The notes beneath the pieces are model-generated. The model searched no databases. It was not told the DNA's origin and worked only from the letters and a program-made list of their open reading frames with translations. The position numbers and the translations under genes were made by a program. This document shows, one piece after another, positions 32,822 through 43,811 of a DNA stretch of 64,000 nt (its first letter is position 1; each line of letters begins with the position of its first letter). The DNA lies in the NCBI GenBank assembly GCA_038207085.1, contig JBBRAE010000011.1, forward strand, positions 1 to 64,000. Reading direction: 5' to 3'. The stretch comes from Armatimonadota bacterium. GTDB taxonomy: Bacteria > Armatimonadota > UBA5829 > DTLH01.

Positions 32822-34230
32822 ATATTCACGACCCGTATCAGGCTGGTGTTCCCCGGAAGTCCCACGGGGACGCCAGCGGTTACGACCACCGTGTCGCCCT
32901 TCTTGACCAGCCCCGTGCTCTTTGCCGATTCCACAGCGACGTGGATCAGCACGTCTGTGCTGTCGGTTTCGGGAACAGCAACCGGGAAGACACCCCACGA
33001 AAGTGCGAGTTGCCCGACGGTCTCTTCTCGGGAGACGGCCGCAATGATGGGGGAGGGCGGCCTGTATTTGGAAACAAGCCTTGCGGTTGTGCCGGTCGCG
33101 GTGCAGGTGATGACTGCCGCCACCTTGAGGTCGATCGAAATCTCAGCGGTCGCCTGTCCGATGGCTTCCGTGACGCTCTTGGTAGGCCAGTTCTCACGCT
33201 CTGAGACGATGTCAGCGTATTTGATCGATTTCTCGGTGCTTCGGGCGATCTGGTCCATCATCTTGACCGACTCGATTGGGTATTCACCGGCCGCAGTCTC
33301 TCCGGAGAGCATGGTCGCGTCTGTGCCATCAAAGATCGCGTTTGCGATGTCGGTTGCCTCTGCTCGGGTAGGGCGCGCGTTGTGCATCATCGAGTCCAGC
33401 ATCTGGGTCGCTGTGATAACGGGCTTCCCGGCAGCGTTGCACTTGTGTATGATCGTCTTCTGGATGATCGGGACTTCATAGATGGGAAGCTCGATCCCTA
33501 GGTCGCCGCGAGCGATCATAATGCCGTCGAACGACTCGATCATCTTATCTATCGCCTGCACAGCCTCAGGGCGCTCTATCTTGGCGATAAGCGGCCTTCT
33601 GACCCCTACTCGGGTCATCACGTCATCAAACGCCTTGCGGTCGCCAGGTTCGGTGCAGAACGAGATCGCCACCCAGTCGACTCCCTGCTTCAGGCCGAAC
33701 TCGAGGTCGTCGATGTCTTTGGGAGTCGCACAAACCGCACTCGCTCTGGCTCCAGGAACGCTCACGCCTTTTCTTGAACTCAGCTCCCCACCGATGACGA
33801 CAGCGGTCTCAATGTCCGTCTCTGTCTTTGAGAGCACCGTAAACTGAAGCTTGGCATCGTCGACGAAAATCGTGCTGCCGCGCTTGACCTGTTCGACGTA
33901 CTCGGGGTAGGGCAGGTTGATCTCGTGCTCATCACCCGGCACGTCTCGCGTAGTAAACACGAACTTCTGCCCAGGAGCGAGCTGCACGACGCCTTTCTCG
34001 ATCTTCCCCGCCCGTATCTTAGGGCCTGATAGGTCCTGAAGGATGCCGACAGGCGTGTGAAGTTCAGAGGATATCCGACGGATCAGCCGGATCATCTTCT
34101 CGTGGTCCTCGTGTGTGCCGTGCGAGAAGTTCAAGCGGGCTATATTCATCCCAGCCTTGATTATCTCTCGAATAAGCTCCTCTGAGGAGCAGGCCGGGCC
34201 AATTGTGCATACGATTTTTGTGCGACGCAT
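32818..34230 (-). CDS. pyk: Pyruvate kinase
   Basis: RRTKIVCTIGP, ARLNFSHG, DLSGPKIR, IAKIE, MIARGDLG, ATQMLDSM, MLSGETAAG. Confidence 0.98.
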   Translation of the reverse strand: MRRTKIVCTIGPACSSEELIREIIKAGMNIARLNFSHGTHEDHEKMIRLIRRISSELHTPVGILQDLSGPKIRAGKIEKGVVQLAPGQKFVFTTRDVPGDEHEINLPYPEYVEQVKRGSTIFVDDAKLQFTVLSKTETDIETAVVIGGELSSRKGVSVPGARASAVCATPKDIDDLEFGLKQGVDWVAISFCTEPGDRKAFDDVMTRVGVRRPLIAKIERPEAVQAIDKMIESFDGIMIARGDLGIELPIYEVPIIQKTIIHKCNAAGKPVITATQMLDSMMHNARPTRAEATDIANAIFDGTDATMLSGETAAGEYPIESVKMMDQIARSTEKSIKYADIVSERENWPTKSVTEAIGQATAEISIDLKVAAVITCTATGTTARLVSKYRPPSPIIAAVSREETVGQLALSWGVFPVAVPETDSTDVLIHVAVESAKSTGLVKKGDTVVVTAGVPVGLPGNTSLIRVVNI

Positions 34231-34288
34231 TGTTCGTTACTCTCGGGTATTACTTGTTCGAATAGCAGATGAGGCGTCCGTCCTCTAG

Positions 34289-34361
34289 CCCGCATTATTC
34301 ACGAGTAGCGTGAATAATGCTCTGTTAGCGAAAGCTTTATTCGCTTCACGAATAAAGCGGG
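34289..34361. mobile_element. 73-bp MITE-like palindromic element, copy 1
   Basis: CCCGCATTATTC...GAATAAAGCGGG termini flanked by CTAG on both sides; exact reverse complement of copy 3. Confidence 0.8.
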
Positions 34362-34365
34362 CTAG

Positions 34366-34438
34366 CCTGCATTATTCACGAGGAGTGTGAATAATGCTCT
34401 GTTAGCGAGAGCTTTATTCGCTTCACGAATAAAGCGGG
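34366..34438. mobile_element. 73-bp MITE-like element, copy 2 (tandem with copy 1)
   Basis: 4 substitutions versus copy 1; shares the central CTAG and is followed by CTAG. Confidence 0.78.
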
Positions 34439-34531
34439 CTAGTGCTTATACTGAAAGGAAAGGACGCCTCATAGTTACTTATCAAATCGACGCACCAAGC
34501 GCAATCTGCCGTGGTGTTCGTCGACGATCAT

Positions 34532-35863
<1,332 letters not shown>

Positions 35864-36023
35864 TTATACCCGTTGGACAGCGAAACGTGCGCCGTCTGGC
35901 AGGCAGGCGCAATCGCGCCACGCATATTATACCAGAGGGGCGGAATATAGGGAAGGGCAAAGCAACGCGAGTTGTGAGCTTGGGGATGATGGGGAGGCGT
36001 GAGTGCCTCCCCGATTTTGATGA

Positions 36024-37979
36024 CTATCTGAGCTTGATGCCGTTTTGGGCGGCTTTGGCGATTGTCGCTTGAGCCTCCTGTTTGCGGCCCAGCGCCTCAT
36101 AGCACCCAATGAGGTTTACGTACGCCTCCGGGTTCTTTGGGTTCAGGTCTACCGCGGTCAGCAGATGCGTCAATGCCTCGTCATAGCGTTTCATCGACAT
36201 AAGAAGCCCGCCGAGGTTTGAGTGTGCGGTATCGTAGAACGGGTCTATCTCAAGCGCCTGCTGGTAGACGCCGATCGCTTCATCTGGTTTGCCCGCAAGG
36301 GTGAGCGCGTAGCCGAGGTTACTGTAGGCGTTCTTGAAGCTCGGGTTCATATCAATCGCGCGCCGGAACATCTCACAGGCCTTGTCATACTGGCCCTTCT
36401 TGCCGTAGATGATCGCGAGGTTGTTGACTGCCACCGGATCGTTCGTAGATATATTGATTGCCTGCTCATAGTGCTCGAGCGCTTCGTCCAGCCTGCCCGT
36501 TCTTGAGAGAATATTGCCAAGCGCGTTGTGTGCCCGGGTATACCCCGGCTTTATCTCAAGCGCCGCACGCACCGCCTGCTCGGCCTTGCCGTAGTCTTCC
36601 CTCAAGTCATAGTAGCCTCCGAGGTGTGTGTAGGCAAGGTAGTTGTTCGGGTTGACCTGTATCGCGTGCCTAAAGAGCGTCTCGCTTGTCCTCCAGTAGG
36701 TGACCTGCTGATAGGTGAGCGCGAAGCATGCGGCGAGCACGATAATTGCCGCAGGCGCGATCCAGGGCGGAGTAACCGTCACTGTTTCAGTGCCTTTGGC
36801 CCCACGTGCGACTTCTCGTTTGGTGGAGAAAATATCGGGAATGAGCCATGCGATCATAATAAAGAGCCCAACGAGGGGGATGTATGTATAGCGGTCGGCC
36901 ATCGACTGCTCTCCGACCTGCACGAGGCCGATCACAGGGATCAGTGTGAAAAGATACCACACCCAGCCGACTGTGAGATAACCCCGGTTATGCCTGAATC
37001 GGATCACAAACGCCGTAATCGCGACGAGCACCAATAGGCAGATCACGACCGGCTGACTCTGCCCCGGAGGGGACAGTGGATAGAACACGGCAAGCTTCGC
37101 AGGCCAGATCATCTTGCCTATATAGGCCGCGCAGGCGACGATGGAGTTTGCGACGCGCGCAGCCATCGGCAGGTCTTCGAGCTGGTTCACCGCGCCTCCG
37201 CTCCTCTGCGCAAGGAAAGTGATAACGCTCGACGCCACCGTTAGCGCGAAAAGCGGCAGCTTCTCGACGAAAAGCATCGAGAGCGAAGTATTGGGCTTGC
37301 GCTCAGGAGCAAGGCGTCGAAGCGGCCAGAAATCGAGCATCAAAAGCGCAAACGGCAGGGTGACGAGCATCGGTTTTGCAAGCAGGCCAAGCACAAACGA
37401 CGCCACTACGCACGCATAGAAGAGTCGTCTCTTTGAGCCCTGTTCGCTCACGTAGAACGCATAGGCGAGCATAGTCAGCATCCAGAAGAACGTCGAAAGC
37501 ACGTCTTTTCGCTCCGCGACCCACGCCACCGACTCCACATGGAGCGGGTGAAGCGCAAAGAGCGCCGCGACGAAGCCGCTTTTCCAGATCGATCCGGTCA
37601 TTTTCGATAGCGCGAGGAACAACAGCACCGTCGAAAGCACGTGGAAGATAACGTTTGTCGCGTGGTGTCCACCTGCGTTCAGTTTGTAGATGTCGTAGTC
37701 GACGGCGTGCGATATCCACGTCAATGGATGATAGTTCGCGGCATACGCGCGGCCTCCATCTTTCAAGAAGTCAATGGAGAAGCCCCACGTTGCAGCGTTT
37801 GCGACTCCGAGCTTGATGTTCGGGTTGTCTTTGACGTAGTCTGGGTCGTCGTAGAGCACGAAGTCGTTTTGGGTGACGTGCGCGTAGGCGGCAAACGTCG
37901 CAATGATAAGCACGACAAGGATTATCAGTAATGCGCGCTTATCGACCGGTGTCGGCGTCGGGACTTTGGATCTTTTCAT
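36024..37979 (-). CDS. TMTC-like GT-C membrane glycosyltransferase with C-terminal TPRs (paralogue 1)
   Basis: YDD..Y after TM1, NYHPLTWISH, HPLHVESVAWVAERKD, KPMLVTLP, MADRYTYIP, then TPR repeats; ATG 37979 with AGGAG. Confidence 0.85.
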   Translation of the reverse strand: MKRSKVPTPTPVDKRALLIILVVLIIATFAAYAHVTQNDFVLYDDPDYVKDNPNIKLGVANAATWGFSIDFLKDGGRAYAANYHPLTWISHAVDYDIYKLNAGGHHATNVIFHVLSTVLLFLALSKMTGSIWKSGFVAALFALHPLHVESVAWVAERKDVLSTFFWMLTMLAYAFYVSEQGSKRRLFYACVVASFVLGLLAKPMLVTLPFALLMLDFWPLRRLAPERKPNTSLSMLFVEKLPLFALTVASSVITFLAQRSGGAVNQLEDLPMAARVANSIVACAAYIGKMIWPAKLAVFYPLSPPGQSQPVVICLLVLVAITAFVIRFRHNRGYLTVGWVWYLFTLIPVIGLVQVGEQSMADRYTYIPLVGLFIMIAWLIPDIFSTKREVARGAKGTETVTVTPPWIAPAAIIVLAACFALTYQQVTYWRTSETLFRHAIQVNPNNYLAYTHLGGYYDLREDYGKAEQAVRAALEIKPGYTRAHNALGNILSRTGRLDEALEHYEQAINISTNDPVAVNNLAIIYGKKGQYDKACEMFRRAIDMNPSFKNAYSNLGYALTLAGKPDEAIGVYQQALEIDPFYDTAHSNLGGLLMSMKRYDEALTHLLTAVDLNPKNPEAYVNLIGCYEALGRKQEAQATIAKAAQNGIKLR

Positions 37980-37980
37980 T

Positions 37981-39942
37981 CTATCGTTCTCCTGCTGCAC
38001 GAGGCGCGGGGTCTGGAATTCGCTTATCTAATTCTACTATAAGTGCGGGGTGAGGTGAACCACCGAGTTCGCGGACGCGGTGGACTTCCTCCCAGGAACG
38101 GGCATAATCTCCCGTATTATACAGAGCTTCGGCGAGCCGATTATGCGCCTGAACGAACTTCGGGTTATATTGGAGCGCCTTTTCGTAGTATCCTACAGCC
38201 TCATCGTATCTTCCCTGCAGGACGAAGAGCACCCCGATGTTGGTATAGGCTTCAGGAAAATCGGGCTTGATACGAATCGCCGCTTCGAACTCTTTGTTCG
38301 CGCCCGCGATGTCGCCACTTTTTCCGAGAACCATACCGTAGTTGTTGTGCGCGTGCGGGTTCTCGGAGTTCAGCCTGATGGCTTCGAGACAGGCCAAACG
38401 GGCCCCTTTGATATCTCCTGAGACATAGAGCGCGCGCCCGAGGCCGGAGTATGCGAGGTCGCTGTCTTTTCTAATCTTGATGGCCTCACGGTAATGCTTT
38501 TTGGCCTCGCCCGGCTGGCCGGTCTCAAGAAGCGCGTTTGCGTAGTTGCACTGCTGATAGGAGTCGAGCGGATACACCTTGACCGCGCGACCGAGCATCT
38601 CAGCGGCTTCATCGTATCGTCCCATCTCAGCAAACTGGCAGCCGAGGTTGATCGCCGCGAGCCGGTTGTTCATATTGGAGTCAAGCGCGTGCCTGAACAG
38701 GGTTTCGTTGGTCTTCCAGCTAGCCACCTGAACGTGAGTCGTCGGCAGAAGCGCGGCAAGGACGACGATAGCGGGCACCGTAACCGCTGCGGTTCTCACT
38801 TTGGATGAAAGCTTGTCTGCGAGGTCGGCGAGCCCCCATGTGACGGCGATAAAGAGCCCGATCACCGGCACGTAGGTGTAGCGGTCCGCCATCCCCTGCC
38901 ATCCGACCTGGACTATCCCGATCACGGGAACGAGCATCACCAGAAACATCAGCCACCCCATCCCGACGTATGGACGACGCCTCGAAAGGCACACCGAGCC
39001 CGCCGATATTGCCGCAAGGACAGCAGCCGAGGCGATGATCTTCAGTATCGGGATCGATATCCCCGGATGCGGGTAGAAGACGGCGAGGTTGACGGGCCAG
39101 ATCGTCTTTCCAATGTAGGATGCGTAGGCGACGAGCGCGTTATCGATTCTGACCGAAAGCGGATACGTCGCAAGCGCCTGAACCGCGCCGCCCTTGTGCT
39201 GCACGAACATGGTGATGGCCGAACTTGCGGCGACCAGTGCGAAGTACGGCAGCTTTTCAACTACAAGGCGCTTCCATCCCCTAGACGCACGTTCGAGCGG
39301 CCACCAGTCGAGCAGCAGCAGCACAATCGGAAGCGTGACGAGCATAGGTTTCGCCATCAGGCCGAGCACGAAGAGCCCGAGAGTGGCGAGATACCGTTTG
39401 CCGTTGGGTCGCTCGGTGTAGAAAGTGTACGAGATCAGTGTGGCCATCAAAAAGAACGTCGAGAGCACGTCTTTGCGCTCGGAGACCCACGCGACCGACT
39501 CCACATGCATCGGGTGAATGGCAAACAGCGCCGCGACAAACGCGCTTCGCCACACTGCCCCCGTCATCTTCGATAGCGCGAGGAAGAGCAGGATCGCGCT
39601 CAGAATATGTATTGCAACGCTTGTCACGTGGTGTCCGCCCGGGGCGAGCCCGTAGAGCGAAACGTCCGTCATGTGAGATATCCACGTCAGCGGGTGCCAG
39701 TTGGCCGCGTAACCGTCGAAGCTAAACGCCCATTTGACCGCTTCAGGAGTAAGTCCCGAGCTTATGTTGGGGTTGTTCAGCACGTAGTCACCGTCGTCGT
39801 AGCGCACGAACTCGAAGGTGTGACACTGCCAATAGACCCCGAGCGTTCCGACGATCATGAGCAGTATGATGATCGCATGCAGTCGGCTGAAAATTGGATT
39901 ATCCGCCGTTTTTGCCCGGACGGGCTTCAGTTTGGCTTTCAC
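37981..39942 (-). CDS. TMTC-like GT-C + TPR protein (paralogue 2)
   Basis: Same motif set (YDDGDY, NWHPLTWISH, HPMHVESVAWVSERKD, ADRYTY); GTG 39942 with AAGGAG. Confidence 0.85.
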   Translation of the reverse strand: MKAKLKPVRAKTADNPIFSRLHAIIILLMIVGTLGVYWQCHTFEFVRYDDGDYVLNNPNISSGLTPEAVKWAFSFDGYAANWHPLTWISHMTDVSLYGLAPGGHHVTSVAIHILSAILLFLALSKMTGAVWRSAFVAALFAIHPMHVESVAWVSERKDVLSTFFLMATLISYTFYTERPNGKRYLATLGLFVLGLMAKPMLVTLPIVLLLLDWWPLERASRGWKRLVVEKLPYFALVAASSAITMFVQHKGGAVQALATYPLSVRIDNALVAYASYIGKTIWPVNLAVFYPHPGISIPILKIIASAAVLAAISAGSVCLSRRRPYVGMGWLMFLVMLVPVIGIVQVGWQGMADRYTYVPVIGLFIAVTWGLADLADKLSSKVRTAAVTVPAIVVLAALLPTTHVQVASWKTNETLFRHALDSNMNNRLAAINLGCQFAEMGRYDEAAEMLGRAVKVYPLDSYQQCNYANALLETGQPGEAKKHYREAIKIRKDSDLAYSGLGRALYVSGDIKGARLACLEAIRLNSENPHAHNNYGMVLGKSGDIAGANKEFEAAIRIKPDFPEAYTNIGVLFVLQGRYDEAVGYYEKALQYNPKFVQAHNRLAEALYNTGDYARSWEEVHRVRELGGSPHPALIVELDKRIPDPAPRAAGER

Positions 39943-39944
39943 GT

Positions 39945-41882
39945 CTACTCCTTTCTGTCGGTCAGGGCTTTGGCGACTGCTGGGTCGACCGCGCCGCCGT
40001 AGCGCAGGCACTGTTGTAATTCGTTATACGCCGAGGTGCGATCTCCCTCCCTGAATAGCGCCTCCGCGAGATGTCCGTGGGCTGCGGCAAACGTCGGGTC
40101 GACGCGAATAGCCTCAGCGTAGTAGGGAATCGCCTCGGCAAACTTGCCATGAAGCGCAAGCGCGTAGCCGATGTTGTGCGGAGCCTCAGGCATGGTCGGG
40201 TTGAGCACGGCGGCGCGTTTGAACTCGACAACCGCCTCATCAAACCGACCTGCGGATGCGAGAGCGAGGCCGTAGTTGTTCGCCGCGTCAGCGTTCTTGC
40301 CTTCGGTGTCGAGACGAACAGCAGTCTCGCCCGCCCGAATAGCCTCCTCGACCTGACCGTCGCCCGCAAGTGCCCGGGCAAGCGACGCGTAGCCGTCGAT
40401 CGATTTCGGCTCCAGCCTGATCGCCGCCCTGTAGGACGCGATAGCCTCGTCGGCGCGTCCGAGGTCAAAGAGCGTGTTTCCGAGGTTGCGGCGCGCCTGC
40501 GCGTATGTGGGGTCAAACTCTACCGCCTGCCGCAGATACCCTTCGGCCTCCGCAAGCTGGCCGCGCTCCTGGAGAAACGCTCCGAGGTTGTTCAGCGCCC
40601 CAGAGTTCTTTGGATTGACCGAAATAGTGTGATGGAAGAGCGAAACGGTGTCTTTCCAGACCGCAACCTGCTTTGCCGTGACGACCGACAGGGCGATCAA
40701 AACGGCCACTGAAACGGTCGCAAGCGCAGCAGTTTTAGTCGCACTCGGCAACTTGAGTCTATCAAGCGCGTCAGGCACGAGCCATGCGACGATCACAAAG
40801 AGGCCAATCAAGGGGATATAGGTGTAGCGGTCGGCCATCGCCTGCCCGCCTACCTGCACGAGCCCTATCACCGGGGTCAGCGTGCCGACGAACCAGAGCC
40901 ACCCCACGATCAAATACGGTTTGACCTTTGAGTAGCGGACAAACCCCGCAGTCAGCATGGCAAGAATCAACGCAGAGGTGATGACCTGCCAGATTGGGAT
41001 GCCCGCGCCGGGGTGAGGATAGGGTATAGCAAGGCGCGCGGGCCAGATCATCTTTCCGATGTAGCTCACATACACCACGAGCGCGTTTTCGACCCTTACC
41101 GCAGGCGAATAACTCTGGAAGTCCTGAACGGCTCCCGCGCTGTGCTGGGCGATGAACGTAAGAACGCTCGACCCTATCGCAAGCAGCATAAACGGCGTCT
41201 TCTCAATAGCGAGCTTTCCCCAACTCTCCTTGCGACGCAGTGGCCAGTAGTCGAGCATAAGGAGCACGAATGGCAGCGTGACCAGCATCGGTTTTGCAAG
41301 CAGTCCGAGTGCGAAGAACACTACCGCCGCAGCGAACTTTGCCGCACCCGGTTTTGCGACATACCATGCGTAGGAGAGAAGGGTGAGCATTAGGAAAAAC
41401 GTTGAAAGCACGTCTTTACGCTCGGCGGCCCATGCGACAGATTCGACGTGCAACGGGTGAACTGCAAAAAGCGCCGCGACAAAGGCGCTTCGCCAAAGGG
41501 AACCCGTCATCGCCGAAAAGGCGAGGAAAAGCAGCAGCGCGCTTGCTGTGTGCAAGCCAAGACCCATCATGTGGTGCTTCGCCGCGTCGAGTCCAAAGAG
41601 CTTGACGTCGACCATATGGGATATCCACGTCAGCGGGTGCCAGTTCGCGGCGTAGCCGATGTTGAACGCCCACTTGATCGACTCCGGCGTGATTCCCTGC
41701 TGGACGTTAGGGTTTGTCTTTATGTAGGTGAAGTCGTCGTAGCGCACGAAATCGTTATGACGCATCCCCGAGAACGACCCGAGCGTGATGATCGCAAGCG
41801 CCAGGCAGACGGCGAGTTTCATCCATCTGTCGCTGAATCCTGGCCGGTGTGAAGTTGGCTTGCCTACGCGCTTCTTTGCCAT
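39945..41882 (-). CDS. TMTC-like GT-C + TPR protein (paralogue 3)
   Basis: YDDFTY, NWHPLTWISH, HVESVAWAAERKD, ADRYTYIP, TPRs. Confidence 0.85.
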   Translation of the reverse strand: MAKKRVGKPTSHRPGFSDRWMKLAVCLALAIITLGSFSGMRHNDFVRYDDFTYIKTNPNVQQGITPESIKWAFNIGYAANWHPLTWISHMVDVKLFGLDAAKHHMMGLGLHTASALLLFLAFSAMTGSLWRSAFVAALFAVHPLHVESVAWAAERKDVLSTFFLMLTLLSYAWYVAKPGAAKFAAAVVFFALGLLAKPMLVTLPFVLLMLDYWPLRRKESWGKLAIEKTPFMLLAIGSSVLTFIAQHSAGAVQDFQSYSPAVRVENALVVYVSYIGKMIWPARLAIPYPHPGAGIPIWQVITSALILAMLTAGFVRYSKVKPYLIVGWLWFVGTLTPVIGLVQVGGQAMADRYTYIPLIGLFVIVAWLVPDALDRLKLPSATKTAALATVSVAVLIALSVVTAKQVAVWKDTVSLFHHTISVNPKNSGALNNLGAFLQERGQLAEAEGYLRQAVEFDPTYAQARRNLGNTLFDLGRADEAIASYRAAIRLEPKSIDGYASLARALAGDGQVEEAIRAGETAVRLDTEGKNADAANNYGLALASAGRFDEAVVEFKRAAVLNPTMPEAPHNIGYALALHGKFAEAIPYYAEAIRVDPTFAAAHGHLAEALFREGDRTSAYNELQQCLRYGGAVDPAVAKALTDRKE

Positions 41883-41885
41883 ATT

Positions 41886-43805
41886 CTACCTCGCTGGCTC
41901 CGGCATCTTGTGCCTTAACGCCTCTACAAACGGCGCGATCGCGACCCCGCCGTTGTCCTGACACAGGTGAACCTCGCGCCACGCGCCTGCGTAGTCGCCC
42001 TTTTTGTAGAGCTGCACGCCGAGGTTGTTGTGTGCCTTGGGCTCTGCCGGGTCAAGCTCGATTGCCCTCCGATACTCGGCTATGGCCGCTTCAGGGTCGA
42101 CGCTCTCAATGGCGCATGCGAGGTTGTAATGGGGCGCAGCCGTACTTTCGCCGCGGAAAATCGCCTTGCGGAACTGCTCTGCAGCCTCGGCGTTCTTGCG
42201 GTATTTGGCGAGCATCCGACCGAGGTTTATGTGAATCTTTGCGATATTCGCATCCGGTTTGTCCGGCCCGATCTCGGCTTCTTTGACAGCAATTGCTTCG
42301 GTGTACTCTTTGTAAGCGTCTGCCGGTCTGTTCAGCTTCTCAAGCGCGAAAGCGAGGTTGTTGTGCCCCTCGGCCCAGCTGGGTCTGAGCTCGACGACCT
42401 GCCTGTAGTGCTCTTCCGCCTTGTCATACTTCTCAAGCTTCTCGTAGCCTTTGGCAAGGTTGTTGTGCGCGACCGAGTTGTTATCTGGGGCGACCTCAAG
42501 CGCGTGCTGGAAGAGTGATATGCTGTCGTGCCAGTAGCCTGTCTGGATGACGGTCAGCGTCGAAAGCACCGCTAGAACAAAGAGCGCAGGGGCGACCAAC
42601 AGAGTATTCGGCGCGCGCTCCGACTGCTTCTCAGTTCGCGAACGCTTCGGTGCAGGTTCTTTCTTCGTGAAAAGCTCAGGAATGCCCCAGGCGATCATCA
42701 CGAATATGCCAATCAAGGGGATATAAGTATAGCGATCAGCCATTGCCTGCTCGCCTACTTGGATGATGCCGATCACCGGGACTAGCGTCACGAGATACCA
42801 AAGCCACCCAACCGGCAGGTAACTGTGCCGCCTGAGAACGAACGCCGCAATAGAAATTCCAATCAAAAAGACCGCAGATATGAAGACCAATAGCGCCGAT
42901 ATGCCGAGCCCAGGGTGAGGGTAGGGGTTTGCGAAATTGACCGGCCAGAAGGTCTTCAAAATATACGTTCCGTAGGAGAGTATGGCGTTGCCTATCTTGA
43001 CCGCAAAGCCGAGCTTGTCCGCCCCACCCATCGCGCCACCTCTTTGCTGGACCACATACGTGATTATGCACGAAGCGATGGTCATTGAGAAAAGTGGGAG
43101 TTTCTCGGTGATAAGAGCGCTGACTTTGACCTGTCTGATCCTGCCAAGCGGCCACCAGTCAAGCAGCAGCAGCGCGATCGGGAGGGTCACAAGCATCGGT
43201 TTCGCCATAAGCCCGAGCGTGAACGAGACCAGCAAGAGCGTGTAGCGCAGCGCACCCGGACGCTCTGTATACCAGACGTATGCCAGCATCGAGAGCATCC
43301 AGAACATCCCGGAGAGCACGTCTTTTCGCTCGGCGACCCACGCGACCGACTCCACATGGAACGGATGAAGCGCAAAAAGCGACGCAACAAACGCGCTCTT
43401 CCACGGGGAGTTGGTCATCCTCGTAAGAGCAAAGAAAAGCAGCAGTGTCGTTGCAATATGTATCAGCACGTTCGAGAGGTGATGGAGCCACGGGTTTTGC
43501 GCGCCTTCGGGAAGCGTGGGGACGCCCACAGATGGCTTCACCCTGGCCCCGATTAGCCGGTCGATGTTCGCATCTAGCATATGGCTCATCCATGTGACGG
43601 GGTGCCAGTTTGCCGCGTAGCCGTTCATCTTGAAGGCGAAGGCTATCCCATCAAGCGTGATGCCCTTCAGCACGTGCGGGTTCTGGGTGATGTATTGCTC
43701 GTCATCATACTCCAGAAACTGCCCACGAAGCGACGGCGCGTAGACTGCGAGCGTAACGACGGCGAGCAGTGCGGCGATTATAAGATTTGTGCGTGTCTTC
43801 ATCAT
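41886..43805 (-). CDS. TMTC-like GT-C + TPR protein (paralogue 4)
   Basis: YDDEQY, NWHPVTWMSH, HVESVAWVAERKD, ADRYTYIP, TPRs; ~20-aa insertion in the first external loop. Confidence 0.85.
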   Translation of the reverse strand: MMKTRTNLIIAALLAVVTLAVYAPSLRGQFLEYDDEQYITQNPHVLKGITLDGIAFAFKMNGYAANWHPVTWMSHMLDANIDRLIGARVKPSVGVPTLPEGAQNPWLHHLSNVLIHIATTLLLFFALTRMTNSPWKSAFVASLFALHPFHVESVAWVAERKDVLSGMFWMLSMLAYVWYTERPGALRYTLLLVSFTLGLMAKPMLVTLPIALLLLDWWPLGRIRQVKVSALITEKLPLFSMTIASCIITYVVQQRGGAMGGADKLGFAVKIGNAILSYGTYILKTFWPVNFANPYPHPGLGISALLVFISAVFLIGISIAAFVLRRHSYLPVGWLWYLVTLVPVIGIIQVGEQAMADRYTYIPLIGIFVMIAWGIPELFTKKEPAPKRSRTEKQSERAPNTLLVAPALFVLAVLSTLTVIQTGYWHDSISLFQHALEVAPDNNSVAHNNLAKGYEKLEKYDKAEEHYRQVVELRPSWAEGHNNLAFALEKLNRPADAYKEYTEAIAVKEAEIGPDKPDANIAKIHINLGRMLAKYRKNAEAAEQFRKAIFRGESTAAPHYNLACAIESVDPEAAIAEYRRAIELDPAEPKAHNNLGVQLYKKGDYAGAWREVHLCQDNGGVAIAPFVEALRHKMPEPAR

Positions 43806-43811
43806 ATATGA

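Noticed and set aside
34285..34442. Tandem palindromic repeat as a CRISPR array
   Set aside because: Only two 77-nt units, no unique spacers, no cas genes; dispersed single copies with target duplications fit a MITE better
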